From Rhodospirillaceae bacterium (GTDB taxonomy: Bacteria; Pseudomonadota; Alphaproteobacteria; TMED109), in the NCBI GenBank assembly GCA_038143555.1, contig JAYQLZ010000003.1, positions 40,219-104,218 of the forward strand: DNA of 64,000 bases, written 5' to 3'. This document shows, in pieces, positions 38,131 to 51,341 of the stretch (the stretch's first letter is position 1; each line of letters begins with the position of its first letter). The notes beneath the pieces are model-generated. The model had not been told where the DNA came from and did not search any database. It worked only from the letters and a program-made list of their open reading frames with translations. Both the position numbers and the translations under genes were made by a program.

Positions 38131-39382
38131 TTAGTTTCTATTTTTATCAAAAACATCAAGATTTAGTACAGCTGTAATAACATAATTAGGTACATCAACA
38201 ACTTGACCTACTCTCAAATCAACTGCAACTGAACAAAGAATATAAGCTTGTTCTCTAGAAAGCCCATATTCGTCAACTATGTAATCTATCATTTGTAATA
38301 ATGCGTGTCTTGCAGCCAAAGTCAGTGACTCAGATAAATTTGATAGGTTTGTAATTTTTTCTCCACCTAAATATTTATAATAAATTAATTCTGTACCAGC
38401 ATCTTTTAGAGGAATACCTACTGTTTGATAAAATTTAGTTGGTTCAATATCTCTAATTTCATCATTTCCTTTAGTTGCAGGCATTTACCATTTTCTTACC
38501 TTGTCTTTTAAGTATCTTAGTCCTTACTTTAACTATAGCGCCCATTTCTATAGCTGTACCTGATACTTCTCCATCACCTTGAGCATAGTGAACATCTCCT
38601 GCAAATAAACCACATCCATCAATAAAACATGGAAAAATAATTTTTGTACCAACCTGCATTTGCTGTACATCCATATTACCTCCATTTTCTCTTGGTGGTA
38701 TGGTTCTTAAACAATCATCTTTATGTTTACCATTTTCTGCACAAATGTCTGCTGGTAAAGCAAAACCTGGATCAGGTGTAAGACTACTCCACCTGCTGCA
38801 GCTAAGTCTGCTTCTCTTTCTTTCCAGCTTTCAATTTCTTTCAATCCAGGTAAAACTCCAATAGAACCTGGAAATGCTTCATAAGGTATTGTAACTCCAG
38901 GCATAGCATCTGAAACAGCTCCAGTTCTTGTTAATTTCCAATTTACTATGTAAGGTTCAGTAAATAAATCTCTTAAAAAACCGAACCCTGGAACAATTAC
39001 TGTATATCCATATTCATCAGGAACTATATCTAAAAGTTCTACTTCAAGAGCATCACCTCTTTTTGCACCCTTAATATACACTGGACCAGTCATAGGATGA
39101 ACTTCCCCAAGATTAATAGTAGGTACATCTTCTGCAACAGCATCCAAAACTGTAATTACTGTCAAGTGCATCTCTAGTATGCAATACAATAATATCACCA
39201 GGTTTTGCTGTAGCTCTTGGTTCTATTGCTGGATGGTATCTATTGAAACAATTTGCATCATCTTTACAATGATCACCTGTTTTTTTAAGTTCTATAATGT
39301 TTTTCCACTTAGAATCTGTAGTATCAGCTTGTATATTTAGTACAAACATAACAGATAAGCAGAAAGTTAATATTTTAATCAT
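38131..39382 (-). CDS. Acetamidase/formamidase-family protein with signal peptide (frameshifted)
   Basis: NRYHP, HPMTGP, PPRENGGNMD, GDVHYAQGDGEV, EQAYILCSVAVDL; N-terminus MIKILTFCLSVMFVLNIQA. Confidence 0.9.
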
Positions 39383-39449
39383 AATTTTCTCCAATATTGT
39401 AGATTATTTATTATGTTTAATATATTATTTATAGCATATTTCTAAATAA

Positions 39450-40743
39450 ATGGAGAAAAAATTGTACAAATTAAAAAAAAATTTATTAATAATTTTATCC
39501 TTATTTTTAATTGGTTCTTCTAATGCAAAAGATGAAATAAAAATTGGAGTATCTACCTTCCTTTCTGGAGGAGCTGCATCTAGTTTTGGAATTCCTCTAA
39601 AACAGGGATTAGAGTTTATGTTTAATGCAATCAATGAAGGTAAAGTACCCCCTCCCTATGACACACCAGGCATAGGAGGCAAAAAAGTTTCTTTTTTCTT
39701 TATAGATGAAGCTGGAGGTGCTACTAAGCAAGTATCTGAATTTAGAAATATGGTACAAAGACAAAAAGTAGATGTTGTTATGGGATACATATCTTCAGGA
39801 GATTGTCTAGCAATTCCAGCAGTGGCAGAAGAACTTAAACAATTAACAATTCTTATAGATTGTGGAACCCCGAGAGTTTTGAAGAAGCTAGTTACAAATA
39901 TGTCTTTAGAACAGGTCCTCATGCAGCTATGGATAATATCGCAGGAGCACTTTATTTAAAAAGAAAAGGTATAACTCCTAAAAAAATCGCTGCTATAAAT
40001 CAAAATTATGCTTGGGGACAAGACTCATGGGCAGACTTTAAAGGATCTATAGACATATTTTTTCCAGGAACTAAAATCGTTTCTGAGCAATTTCCAAAAT
40101 TTTTATCTGGTCAGTATGGTAGTGAAATTTCTGCAATGATGGTAGCTAAACCAGATTTAATCCATTCTTCAATGTGGGGAGGAGATTTAGAATCTTTTAT
40201 TATACAAGGTGCGACTAGAGGTTTATTTAGAAACTCCAAAGTTTTTTTAAGTGCAGGTGATCATGTTTTGCCTTCATTAGGTAGAAATATGCCTGAAGGT
40301 GTTATAGTAGGAGCAAGAGGACCTCACGGAGATTTAGCTCCAGATACCCCATTAGCTAACTGGTTTAAAGAGAGTTTAAAAAAGAGCTTGGAATTAAAAT
40401 GACTACACAACCAATGCATAAAGGAGCAATGGCTGCTTTATTTTTAAAGAAAGCATATGATCAAGCAGTAAAAGAAAATTCGGCTTTTCCTTCTACTGAA
40501 GAAGTTATTAAATATATGGAAGGTCTTGAGTGGGATACACCAAGTGGACCAGCATCTATGGCTTTAGGAAATGGGCATCAAGCAATTCAGGATATGGCAT
40601 TAGGAGTCACAGCATGGGATAAAAAAGAAAAAAGAGCTAAATTAATAAATATTGAATACTTCAAGGCTGAATGTGTAAATCCACCTGAAGGAATTAAAGC
40701 TTTAGATTGGATTAAAGGCGGTTTTAAGGGTTCAGATTGTTAA
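39450..40743 (+). CDS. ABC transporter substrate-binding protein, branched-chain amino acid/amide (LivJ-like) class (frameshifted)
   Basis: Signal peptide, FLSGGAASSFG, GYISSGDCLAI, INQNYAWGQDSW, HSSMWGGD, GHQAIQ. Confidence 0.88.
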
Positions 40744-40757
40744 ATAAATAAATATTA

Positions 40758-41189
40758 TTAAGATTTAGGATTAAGGGGTGACCCATTTTTAGGATTTATT
40801 TTGTCCTTACCATTTTTTTTTGTGAGCAATTTGTTCTGTTTACTAATTCCTAACTCACCTTGAATTCTTCCCCCAGATTCAACAACTAAAATTTCGTATT
40901 TTGCTCTACCCTGAAGTAAACCTTCTGATCTTATATGCAAATTTTTAATTGTAAATTTTCCTTTAATAGTGCCATTTATGATTAAAATATCAGCAATAAT
41001 CTCACCGTCAAAATTTCCATTTGGTCCTATAACTACTTCATTAGCTCTAATAATTCCGCTCATAGAACCATCTATATGAATATTACCTTCTGTATTTATC
41101 TCACCAGATAATTCTATTCCTTCTCCAATTATAGAGAGTGAATTATTTTTTCTAGTATCGGAAAATAAATTAGAGGTTTTTAAAAACAT
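40758..41189 (-). CDS. Bactofilin (polymer-forming cytoskeletal protein)
   Basis: SIIGEG..IHIDG..VVIG..GEI.A..LIING beta-helix repeats. Confidence 0.9.
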   Translation of the reverse strand: MFLKTSNLFSDTRKNNSLSIIGEGIELSGEINTEGNIHIDGSMSGIIRANEVVIGPNGNFDGEIIADILIINGTIKGKFTIKNLHIRSEGLLQGRAKYEILVVESGGRIQGELGISKQNKLLTKKNGKDKINPKNGSPLNPKS

Positions 41190-42569
41190 TCTTACCTATT
41201 TTGAGAAATGGATATGGGTTTCTAGCTTTATCATAAACTTTTATTTCGTAATGTAAATGTTTACCTGTTGATCTTCCTGTATTTCCTATCTTACCTATAA
41301 TATTTCCTAAATCAACTGTTTCTCCCTTTTTAACAAAAATTTTTGATAAATGTGCGTACCTAGTCTGTATACCATTTCCGTGATCTATGAAAACAGACTT
41401 TCCATAAGAACCATAATTCCCAACAAAAGATATTTCTCCAGACGCGGTAGCAAGTATATCTGAGCCCCATGCAGCACCTAAGTCTATACCTTTATGAAAT
41501 GCCCTTCTTTTTGTATAAGGATCTTTTCTATATCCATAACTACTTGTAATATAATATTTTTCTATTGGTGATGCTAAAGGAACAGATAAAAAAATTTCTC
41601 TAAGTAATTCAAATCTAGCTGCTTTATCGTAAATAGCATAAGCAACTTTATTTTCCTTATTTTCTAATTCTAACGGCCCACCAATCTCGTCTACATTTTT
41701 TATATTATCTAAATTTGCTAAATCATAAGCTCTAGTTTTTGAAAAAATATTTTCTAAATAAGTAATTTTTTTTTCTAAAATTTCTAAAGTGCTATTTTTG
41801 ACTTTATTATTTAGTTGGAAATAATATTTTTCTTTTTCTTTTTGCAAGGCTAAGTTATATCTCAACATTTTTAGCTCAGATGTAGCTTTCATACTTTCAT
41901 CAATAGTTTTATTTAAATTTAAAAAAACTTTCTTACTTTTATTTACTTCACTTTTTTTTATATTAAAATTATCCATATCTTCATTACTATAAAAAACAGA
42001 TTTAAAGTCAGGATCAATGTAAAACTTATCATTACTCTGTTTATATATTTTTTCGATATTTTTCTGTAAGCTATTTATAATATCATCTAATTCTGTTAAC
42101 ATTTTTTTTCTATCTTTTTTTCATTTATAATACTTTCCAGTCTATCTTTTACTTCAAGTAACTTATGATCTGTTTTAATATCACTATTTTTATTAATTAA
42201 TTGTAAATCTTGCTGTAAGAGGTCTAATAATTTAGTTATCTTTTTAATCTGAAGTTCAACGTTAAGATCTGTTTCTGTAAATTTAGCAGTATCTGTGTAC
42301 AGTTCTTCTCTCAAACTTACTACTGCTTTAGTAAATTTTGCATACCTTACTCTTAAATCTTTTAAAGCTACATTTTGTTTGTAATTAACTGTTTGTAAAA
42401 ATTGCATTTTATATGTAAATAGACCTACAAAAAACCCAGTAGTTATAAGCAATGAAATTAAAATAATTTGCATAGCTGTTCCTAGTTTAAAATATTTTAT
42501 TCCACCAGTGCTTCTAAGCATAAACTCTTTTTGGGGAAATGTATTATTTAACCATTTTATAAATTTCAT
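41170..42569 (-). CDS. Membrane-anchored coiled-coil M23 endopeptidase (LmdC-like; frameshifted)
   Basis: FPQKEFMLRS N-terminus, TM, coiled coil, HKGID and HLH zinc motifs; overlaps bactofilin gene. Confidence 0.88.
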
Positions 42570-42583
42570 AAGAACAACTTTTT

Positions 42584-43511
42584 TTACATTCTAAACGTTC
42601 TTTTATACCAAAGACAAGTCTTTTTAATACCTTCACTATAGTGATATGGAGGCTTCCAACCAGTATCTGCTATAAATTCTTTATTAGTAACTATAAACTC
42701 TTTCATTATCTTATTAAAAATTTCTCCCTTTCCAAGAATTATTAGCATTAAATTAATTAGCTTTGGATTTAAATAAAATAATTTGGCTTTTTTTCCTAAT
42801 GCATTAGCCATAAAACGTACTAGTTTCTCATTAGTAATCATACAATTATCACTAATTTCATATGTCTTTCCAATAAAATGATTTTTTTTTAAAATTAAAA
42901 AAATAGCATCAGTTAAATTTTCGATGTACATATAACTTCTTTTTTCCGATAATTTTTTAAATGGCAATGGGATATTGTTGTATACAGTTTTCATTAAAAT
43001 AAGAAAATTTGCTTTTACATTAGGCCCATAAACCAAAGGAGGTCTTAATATTATATGCTTTTTATAATATTTTCTAATTATACTTTCACCATTTTTTTTA
43101 ACTCTTGCATAATCTGTAAGATTGATTTCAATTTTATCAGAAACTTTAGCTGAACTTATGTGAAGTATCTTTAAGTTTTTATTTCTAAAGTTTTTTATTA
43201 TATTATTTTCAATGTTGTTAATGTCATTTAAGTTCAATAACTTTTTTTAAAATTTTTATTATTTATATGAGCTAATGCAGCAAGATTAATTAGATATTTA
43301 ATTTTGGATAAATCTTTAGAAAAAGTTTTTTTTCAAATAAATTTCCTGTTTCTAAAACCTGAACATCCATTTTTAAAAGTTCTTTAGCTTCTTTAGAATT
43401 TTTATTTCTGATTAAAGCCAATATTTTTATATTTTTATCAGCTAATTTTTTGCATAAGTGCATTCCTATAAATCCAGAAGCGCCTAAAATTGCAATTTTA
43501 TCTTTTACCAT
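42584..43511 (-). CDS. NAD-dependent epimerase/dehydratase (frameshifted)
   Basis: GASGFIG, YARVK, LRPPLVYGP. Confidence 0.85.
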
Positions 43512-43552
43512 TTTTATATTTCATTTAATGTAATTATAATGATTAAAAAATA

Positions 43553-44322
43553 ATGAAAAACAACATAAAAATAAGTGCCTTAGTAGTAGCACACAATGAA
43601 GAAAATAAACTTGCAAGTTGTTTAAAAAAACTAGTTCATGCTGATGAGTTAGTTGTTGTATTAGATAAAACAAATGATAAAAGTGAGATTATAGCAAAAA
43701 AGTTTGGGGCTAAAGTTTATAAAGGAAGTTGGAATATTGAAGCAAATAGAAGAAACTTTGGAATAAAAAAATGCTTAGGAGATTGGATTTTAGAAATAGA
43801 TGCAGACGAACATGTGCCCAAACAACTATTCACAGAAATTAGAAAAAAAATTAAAAATGCTGAACCTGGTTACTTTCTAATACCTTTTGATAATTACATA
43901 GGAAAAAGAAAAATAAGGTATGGCTGGGGAGCCTCATGGGGTGTTTCTGCTGCTCCAAGACTACATTTTAAAGGTTGCAAAAGTCTGGAAAAAAGAACAA
44001 TTAATTCACCCTTCAATATCTCTTAATGGAAAAAAATGTGGTTAAAATCAAGAATTCAACATTATGTAGATGAAGATCTTAACGATATGATAATGAGATT
44101 AATAAGATATACAGACTTAAAAGCTATTGATATAGCAAAACAAAATAAAAAATTCCTCATTTTCTAATAACTATACGTAGAGGTATAACTAGATTTTTAA
44201 AATGTTTTATATCTCGCAAAGGTTACAAAGAAGGAAAATGGGGTTTTATAATTGCTCTAATGGCAAGTTTATACATAATATTATCATATGTTAAAGCAAC
44301 AGAAATCAGAGAAAAAAAATAG
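43553..44322 (+). CDS. Glycosyltransferase family 2 (frameshifted)
   Basis: VAHNEE, WILEIDADE (DxD), C-terminal RKGYKEGKWGF. Confidence 0.87.
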
Positions 44323-44323
44323 T

Positions 44324-44520
44324 CTATTTTTCTTTCTGAATCTTCCAACTATCATCTTTTACTAAAGCCCACTCTGATAAAACTACAGTTTTGGTGATCT
44401 AATATCTTTTAATTCATAATGAACTATATCAAAAATTAATTTAGTATTTATAACTTCCCATTGTGTAGGATATGCAAAACCTCTCAAAAATGTATCACCT
44501 ACTTTAAATTTAGTATCCAT
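44324..44520 (-). CDS. Small hypothetical protein, about 65 aa (one indel)
   Basis: Hand translation MDTKFKVGDTFLRGFAYPTQWEVI..HYELKD, continuing VVLSEWALVKDDSWK; AAGGG RBS-like site. Confidence 0.45.
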
Positions 44521-44618
44521 TAACTAAACCCTTGTTTATTATTAAGTATTTGAAATATTATATCATTTTATTAATTTTACAAATAAAATGTTTAAAAAAT
44601 ACCTAAAATGAGTAATTT

Positions 44619-45775
44619 ATGAGTGAAATAATATTGCCTAAATTTATGAATATTGGTGGTGGAAAAATCAAATCTGTTACTGATATTTTAAAAAAAATAA
44701 ATTGTAAGAATCCTCTAATAATAACAGATAAAACAATGGTAAAATTGAATATTATTGAACCATTAGAAAAAGCTCTTACAGATATGCAAATTAGATATAA
44801 GATCTTTGGTGATACTATGCCTGAACCAACTGCTAAGTCGATAGAAAATGGAGTAACACATTAAAAGATGGATCTTTTGATTGCATTATAGCTTTTGGAG
44901 GTGGAAGTCCTATAGACTCTGCAAAGGCTATAAGTTTACTAGCTACGAAGGGAGGCTTAATTGAAGATTATAAATTTCCTTTTATTAATTTAGAAAATAA
45001 TATTCCTATCATTGCTATACCAACCACTGCAGGCACAGGTTCAGAAGTTACAAAATTTACAATTATTACCAATGAGAAAACTGATGAAAAAATGCTATGT
45101 GTAGGACCGTCTTTTATGCCAATTGCAGCAATTGTTGATTATGAGTTAACTTATTCTGTGCCACAAAGAACAACTGCTGATACAGCAATAGATTCACTTA
45201 CCCACGCTATTGAAGCTTTCGTAAGTAAAAAGTCAAATTTATTTAGTGATACACAAGCAATATCAGCAATGGAACTAATAGCTCCTAATGTTAGAAGAGC
45301 ATACAATAATGGTAAAGATCAAGAAGCAAGAGAAAAATTAATGACAGGAGCAACTTTAGCAGGTATAGCATTTAGTAATTCTTCAGTAGCTTTAGTCCAT
45401 GGTATGAGTAGACCTATTGGTGCTTTTTATCATGTACCTCATGGCCTGTCTAATGCTATGCTTTTACCAACTGTTACAGAATTTTCAATTCCTGCAGCTC
45501 CTGAAAGATATTCTAAATGTGCCAAAGCAATTGGAGTAGCAAATTTTGATGACAGCATTGAGGACGCAAACAAAAAACTATTAGATGAGTTGAAACAACT
45601 TAATTTAGACCTTGAAGTTCCTACTTTAAAAGAATTTGGTGTAAATAAAGAAACATTTTTTCAAAGTATTGATACTATGGCAACTCAAGCTATAGCATCT
45701 GGATCACCTAATAACAATCCTGTAGTTCCTAGCCACGATGAACTTGTTTCGTTATATAAAAATCTTTGGAGTTAA
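44619..45775 (+). CDS. Iron-containing alcohol dehydrogenase (frameshifted)
   Basis: GGGSPIDSAK, PTTAGTGSE, DSLTHAIE, VHGMSRP..HVPHG. Confidence 0.92.
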
Positions 45776-45776
45776 C

Positions 45777-46301
45777 TCAATTCTTAAAAATATTTGAATA
45801 TTTTATTTTCAGTGTTTTAAGCTTAGGAGGTATTAAAGCATTACAATAAATACTATTGGATTTTTTTTAAAAAATAGTTATGATGATATTCCTCTGCTAC
45901 AAAAAAATTTAGTTTGTCTGATAGTTCTGTTTGAATTATATTTTGATAGATTTTTTCTGCTTTTTTTATAGCTTCTTCTGCCTTTTTCTTTTGTTCTAAA
46001 TTAGTATAAAAAATAGCTGACCTGTATTGTGTTCCTATATCATTTCCCTGCCTATTTTTTTGAGTGGGATCATGAGCTACAAAAAAAATTTCCAAAATTA
46101 ATTCTAGTGATATTATTTTATCATCAAAGTCACATTTAATAGCTTCAGTATGCCCTGATGTACCTTTACAAATTTCTTCATAAGTAGGATTTTTGAAACT
46201 CCTCCTATATATCCAGGTGTAATACTTCGTACACCTTTTAATTTTAGAAAGATTGCTTCTATACACCAGAAACATCCACCAGCTAAATAAATTGACTGCA
46301 T
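45777..46301 (-). CDS. msrA: Peptide-methionine (S)-S-oxide reductase (frameshifted)
   Basis: GGCFWC, PTYEEIC.G.SGH, HDPT..RQGND.G.QYRS, AEEYH. Confidence 0.95.
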
Positions 46302-46352
46302 ATTCTATATTGTAATAACCTATAAAAAATTATCTATATTTTTATTATATAA

Positions 46353-47820
46353 ATGGAAAAAAAAAAAAATATAATCACGTTATGTTTTATATGCTTAGCT
46401 ACAAGCTTATTCACAATAGATATGGGCATAATAACAATTTCATTTTCTGAAATTGAAAATTTTTTTCCACTACTAACTCTGTAACATCCTGGGTTTTAAC
46501 TGTTTTTTCAATTTCTTCAGCTATAGGTATAATTAGTTTGGGGTTTATGTCTAAATTATTTAGTAGGAAAAAAATATATATACTAGGTATTTTGGGTTTT
46601 TCTTTTTTCTGGATTATGCGGTTTATCCAGCAGCATAGAACAACTGCTTATTTGTAGATTTTTTCAAGGATATTTTGGGTCTGGTTTAATAGCTTTAAGT
46701 CAGGCATTTGTTATAGATATTTTTTCAAAAGAAAATAGAAGCAAGGCTATATCAGCTTGGACATTCGGATTACTTGCGGGTCCTGTTATTGGGCCATTGC
46801 TAGGTGGTTTTTTAATTGAATATTTTAATTGGCGATTTATTTTTTTTATAAACTTACCATTAGGCTTAATTGCTTTTTTTGGACTTAGCTACTTTTTGGA
46901 AACTGAAAAACCTAAACCATCAAGCAATATAAATTATTTAAGTTTTATTTTTTTAAGTCTGTCAGTAGCTTGTTTACAAATTTTTTAGATCGAGGTGAGC
47001 TAGAAGATTGGTTTTATTCTGAATTAATAATTTTTATATTTTCATTATCACTAATATCTTTAGTTTTTTTCTTTTAACTAATTTTAATTCAAAAAATTCT
47101 CTCTTTTCTATTTTACTATTTAAAGATAATTATTTTACAGGTGGAATAATATTTGCTTTTTGTTTGGATTTTATTCTTATACCACCCTTTATTTTAATAC
47201 CAATATATTTAACTGAAATACAAAATTTTCCAATCTATTATGTTGGATTTATTTTAAGTTTGTCAGGATTAGGTGGTATGATAGCGACCTTATTTACATC
47301 TAAAATTATATCGTACATAGGTAATGTAAAAACTATGTTATTTGGCCTTTTTATTTATATTACAGCTAATTTAGAAATAGTATTTTGGAACTCTGATATT
47401 AGCACCAACCAAATTATAATTAATAGCCTATATAGAGGTATTTCTATTAGTACCTATTATGTTGCTTTAGCAAATATTACATATACTACCTTACCTAATA
47501 ATCTAAGAACTGAAGGTGCTAGTTTATTTCAGTTTTTAAGAACTATTGGAACAGGAGTTTCTATTGCTATATTTGTTACTTTTTTAAATAGATATTATTC
47601 TATTAACTTTGAAGATATAAGAAGTTTTCTTGATTATTCCAATATAGGCGTATCACAATTTACAAATGTAGATGATTTTTTCTAATGATAAAATGATTAT
47701 ATTACAAGAGATAAAATATCAGTCTAAAATTAAATCATTTTTAAGTGACTTCTTTATATTATCGTTGTCACCCTTAATTTTTTTACCATTTTTTATGTTC
47801 TTCAAAAAAAAAAAACTAAA
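46353..47820 (+). CDS. MFS transporter, DHA2/EmrB-like (multiple frameshifts)
   Basis: GPVIGPLLGG..WRFIFFINLPLG, LDRGELEDWF, LFQFLRTIG. Confidence 0.82.
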
Positions 47821-50283
47821 TCTTATATGGTTTAAATAGGCTCAACAATCTAGGCACTAAAGTTAAAGAAGCTAATAATGCTACTAACATAGCCAAACTA
47901 GTTAATAAACCAAAGTAAATACTAGGTATAAAATTTGAAAAAACTAAAATAGAAAATCCTACAATTATAGTCAATGTTGTATAATATAATGCATAACCAA
48001 TACTATTATGTGTTCTAACCAATGCTGTCTCATATTTTTTATGCTGTAGAAATTCATTTTTATGTCTAAAAATATAATGAATAGTATTATCGACAGCTAT
48101 ACCCATACTTATTGCTGCAATAGTTATAGTCATCATATCTAATGGTATATTTAATATTCCCATTAATCCTAAGACAGACCCAATAGATAATATATTTGGA
48201 ACAAGAGCTATAAATGAAATCTTTAACGATCTAAACAATACTAAAAACATACAAAATAATACTAAGATTACCAAACCTAAAGTTTTAATCTGTGAATTAA
48301 ATAAGCTCTGCAACATATTATTATACAAAATGAGAATATTAGATAATTTAATTTTATCAGCTTCAACTTCTATTACTTTAAAAGCTTCATTATTAATTTT
48401 ATTAATTAATAGGTTTCTCCTTAATGAAGGATCAGAGTCTCTAACTCTTAAAGTAACTTTTGCCTGATTATACTCTGTAGATATGTATGGGTTTAAGATA
48501 ATTTCTTTATATTCATCAGGAAGTTTTTCATAAAGTAATCCTAGTTGAACACTATCTAAGTCATTCCCATTGTTTAATGTTCTACCTATTTTCAAAATTG
48601 TAGCAAAAGAAAGAACAGTTCCAGTATGCTCTAAAGAATCAAGATAATTATGAAGACTTTCTATTTTTTGCATTTTATCTCTAGTAAACCAATATTTTGG
48701 GTCATTAGAAACTTCATCAAATTCTTCAAAAATATCGTCAAATTCATCTTCTTCCATAATTTCTTCTGATTGCAATTTAACTTCATCATCAAAATCAAGA
48801 GTAACATCTAATAATGTAGTTCCTCCCAAGTCTTTATCTATTACTTTCATACCCCTATGTATTTCTGTACTTGTTTTAAAATAATCAATAAAACTATTCT
48901 CCACTTTTAATTTAGTTCCTCCAAAAATACTCAAAATAGTTAAAACAATTGCTATACAGAAAATAAGATTTTTATAATGAATAGTAAAACTTGCTATTTT
49001 ATTAGGTAAATTAAAAATTTTCTCAAAAGAAGTATCAGGTTTTAATACTTTAAACTGGTACATTAATGCAGGAAACATAATAAAGGTTAAAATTAAAGAA
49101 ATCGTTACTCCAACACTCATCATCCATCCAAAATTAATAACAGGTAATAAACCTGATAAAATTAATGAACTAAATCCTGCTATAGTAGTAATGACTGTAA
49201 AAAAGCAAGGTTTAATCATCTGCTTTACAGTATCTAATAAAAGCTTATCTTGATTTAAGTAACCTTTAGAAGATAGTTCTCTGTATCTAACTATTAAGTG
49301 TATAGTTATTGCCATTGTTAGTATAAGCTGTAAAGAGATAAAGTTAGAGGAAATAACAGTAACTTCCCAATTAAATAAACTAAAAATACCAGCTGTTATA
49401 ATTACTGAGCAAAAACAAGTAATTATTGGCATCACTACCCATCTACTTTGCCTAAATATTATCATTAAAGTTAAAATTAAAAAAAATAGTATTGCTATTC
49501 CAAAGACTTTTAAATCATTTTTAACATATGAAACTACATCATTAGCTATCATTGGTATACCACCTAAATAAAGCTCTCCATATTGTCTATACTCGCTAAC
49601 TATATTTCTTACATTTAAAATTAGTTCATTTTGTATTTTTCTTAGTTTATCTCTTTCTTTAATAATATCTTGTTTTACTAAGTTAAAACTATTTAACTCA
49701 CTATCATTTAAATTCCTTTCCTCTAATATATTTTGGTATTTCTGCTTTTTTTCTCTTAACTCAAGCAACGTTTCATTTTCTTTAAGATTGATTAAAATTG
49801 CCGTAGTTTTAAAATCTTCACTTACCAGATTATTCTTGTAAAGAGGGCTAGATATAAATTCTTCTTTTATGAGAGAATCCTCTACTATATTATCTTCAAC
49901 TGTTGGCACACCTTCTAAAATATCAACTAATGATTTTTTTGAACTTAATAGAAGAGGTACATTTAAGATAGTGGTAACACTTTTAACAGGAGTAAGTTTT
50001 TCCAAATCTTTAGTAATATCTTTTAAGTTCTTTTTTACTCCCTCTGATAGAAGATTTTCATTAGGTTTAAATGCTATTAAAAGAAACTCTGATGATTTAT
50101 ACCTTTTATTTAGTAACTGGAAATACTTTAAATCTTTATCTTTTTCTAAAATTAAAGTATCTGAAGAAGCATCTATTTTTAAATTAATTGCAGAAAAAAA
50201 AAGATAACAGTTAAAAGCAACATCGATACAATTATAATTTTAGAAAATTTAAAAATTATATTTTTGTAAAATAAATCAATCAT
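47816..50283 (-). CDS. MMPL/RND-family membrane transporter (frameshift near 5' end)
   Basis: Two RND TM bundles (TTIAGFSSL; GIAVDNTIH), large periplasmic loops. Confidence 0.88.
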
Positions 50284-50290
50284 ACTCTAG

Positions 50291-51295
50291 CTATTTTGCT
50301 CGAATTGTATCAGATTTTTTTAGCCTATTATATTCTAAATTTTTTTCAAACTCTCGTAATCTTTTCCAAACTGATAGTAATTCCACTATAGTAGCCCAGC
50401 TTTTTACCAAATATTGAAGAGAACCTTCTACCCTACCAAAAGCTCTGGTAATTTGTTGAACAAAACCTAATGTAATTGCTCCAGATACTATAGTTGGAGC
50501 CAAAGCTAAATAAGGAACAATTACCATTCCTTGAAAATAAGTCCATTTCACTGTATTAAAATACAAATAATGGAAAATATGACTTAAAATGGATACCTCT
50601 AACTCTATTATATAATTGGCCTATAGTTGGAGGTGCTGCTCTAATTGGGTCATCTTCTCCTAAAACTAATTCTTTCCTGTACCCAGCTTCTTCTTTTTGA
50701 ATATCATATTCAATCCCTGGTAATTTTATGCCTACAGCAGCTAAAACTACCGTTCCTCCTAAAGCAGATATAATCGCTACCCAAACAAGAGCATGATCTA
50801 CTTCTCCTATCCATGGCAAACTACTTACTTGCTTAGACAAACCCCATAAAATTGGCAGAAAAGCGGCTAATGTCATAATACTATCTAGTAAACCTACACC
50901 TAAACCTTCCATAATTCTAGCAAACTTTAAAGTATCTTCTTGTACTCTCTGAGAAGCACCTTCAGTCATTCTAGCATTTTTCCACTGTTCATGATAATAA
51001 TCTGCCATAGAGGTTCTCCACCTAAAAACCCAATGACTTACTAAAAAACCAGTAAATACTGCTATAATAACCCATCCTCCAGCAACTTTTGCAAAAGAAA
51101 ATAAATATGCTATAAACTCTTTTCACTGACTGATCCAGGAGTGGTAAGAGCTTTTTGTAGTGTGTCATAAAACTCTCCAAACCATTCATTAATTTTTACA
51201 TCTAATTGAACTTGATACCAAGTTGAAAACAGTATTACTAATGTACCACCTATACTCCATAAAAACCAATTCTTATCTGTAAAAAATTTAAACAT
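50291..51295 (-). CDS. sbmA: SbmA/BacA-like peptide transporter (frameshifted)
   Basis: INEWFGEFYD, FRWRTSM, EGASQRVQEDT, EAGYRKELVLGED, W.TIVEL.S..KRL. Confidence 0.85.
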
Positions 51296-51341
51296 TAGTA
51301 AATAATATCATATATAATTTGCTATATCATTTTAAAAATAA

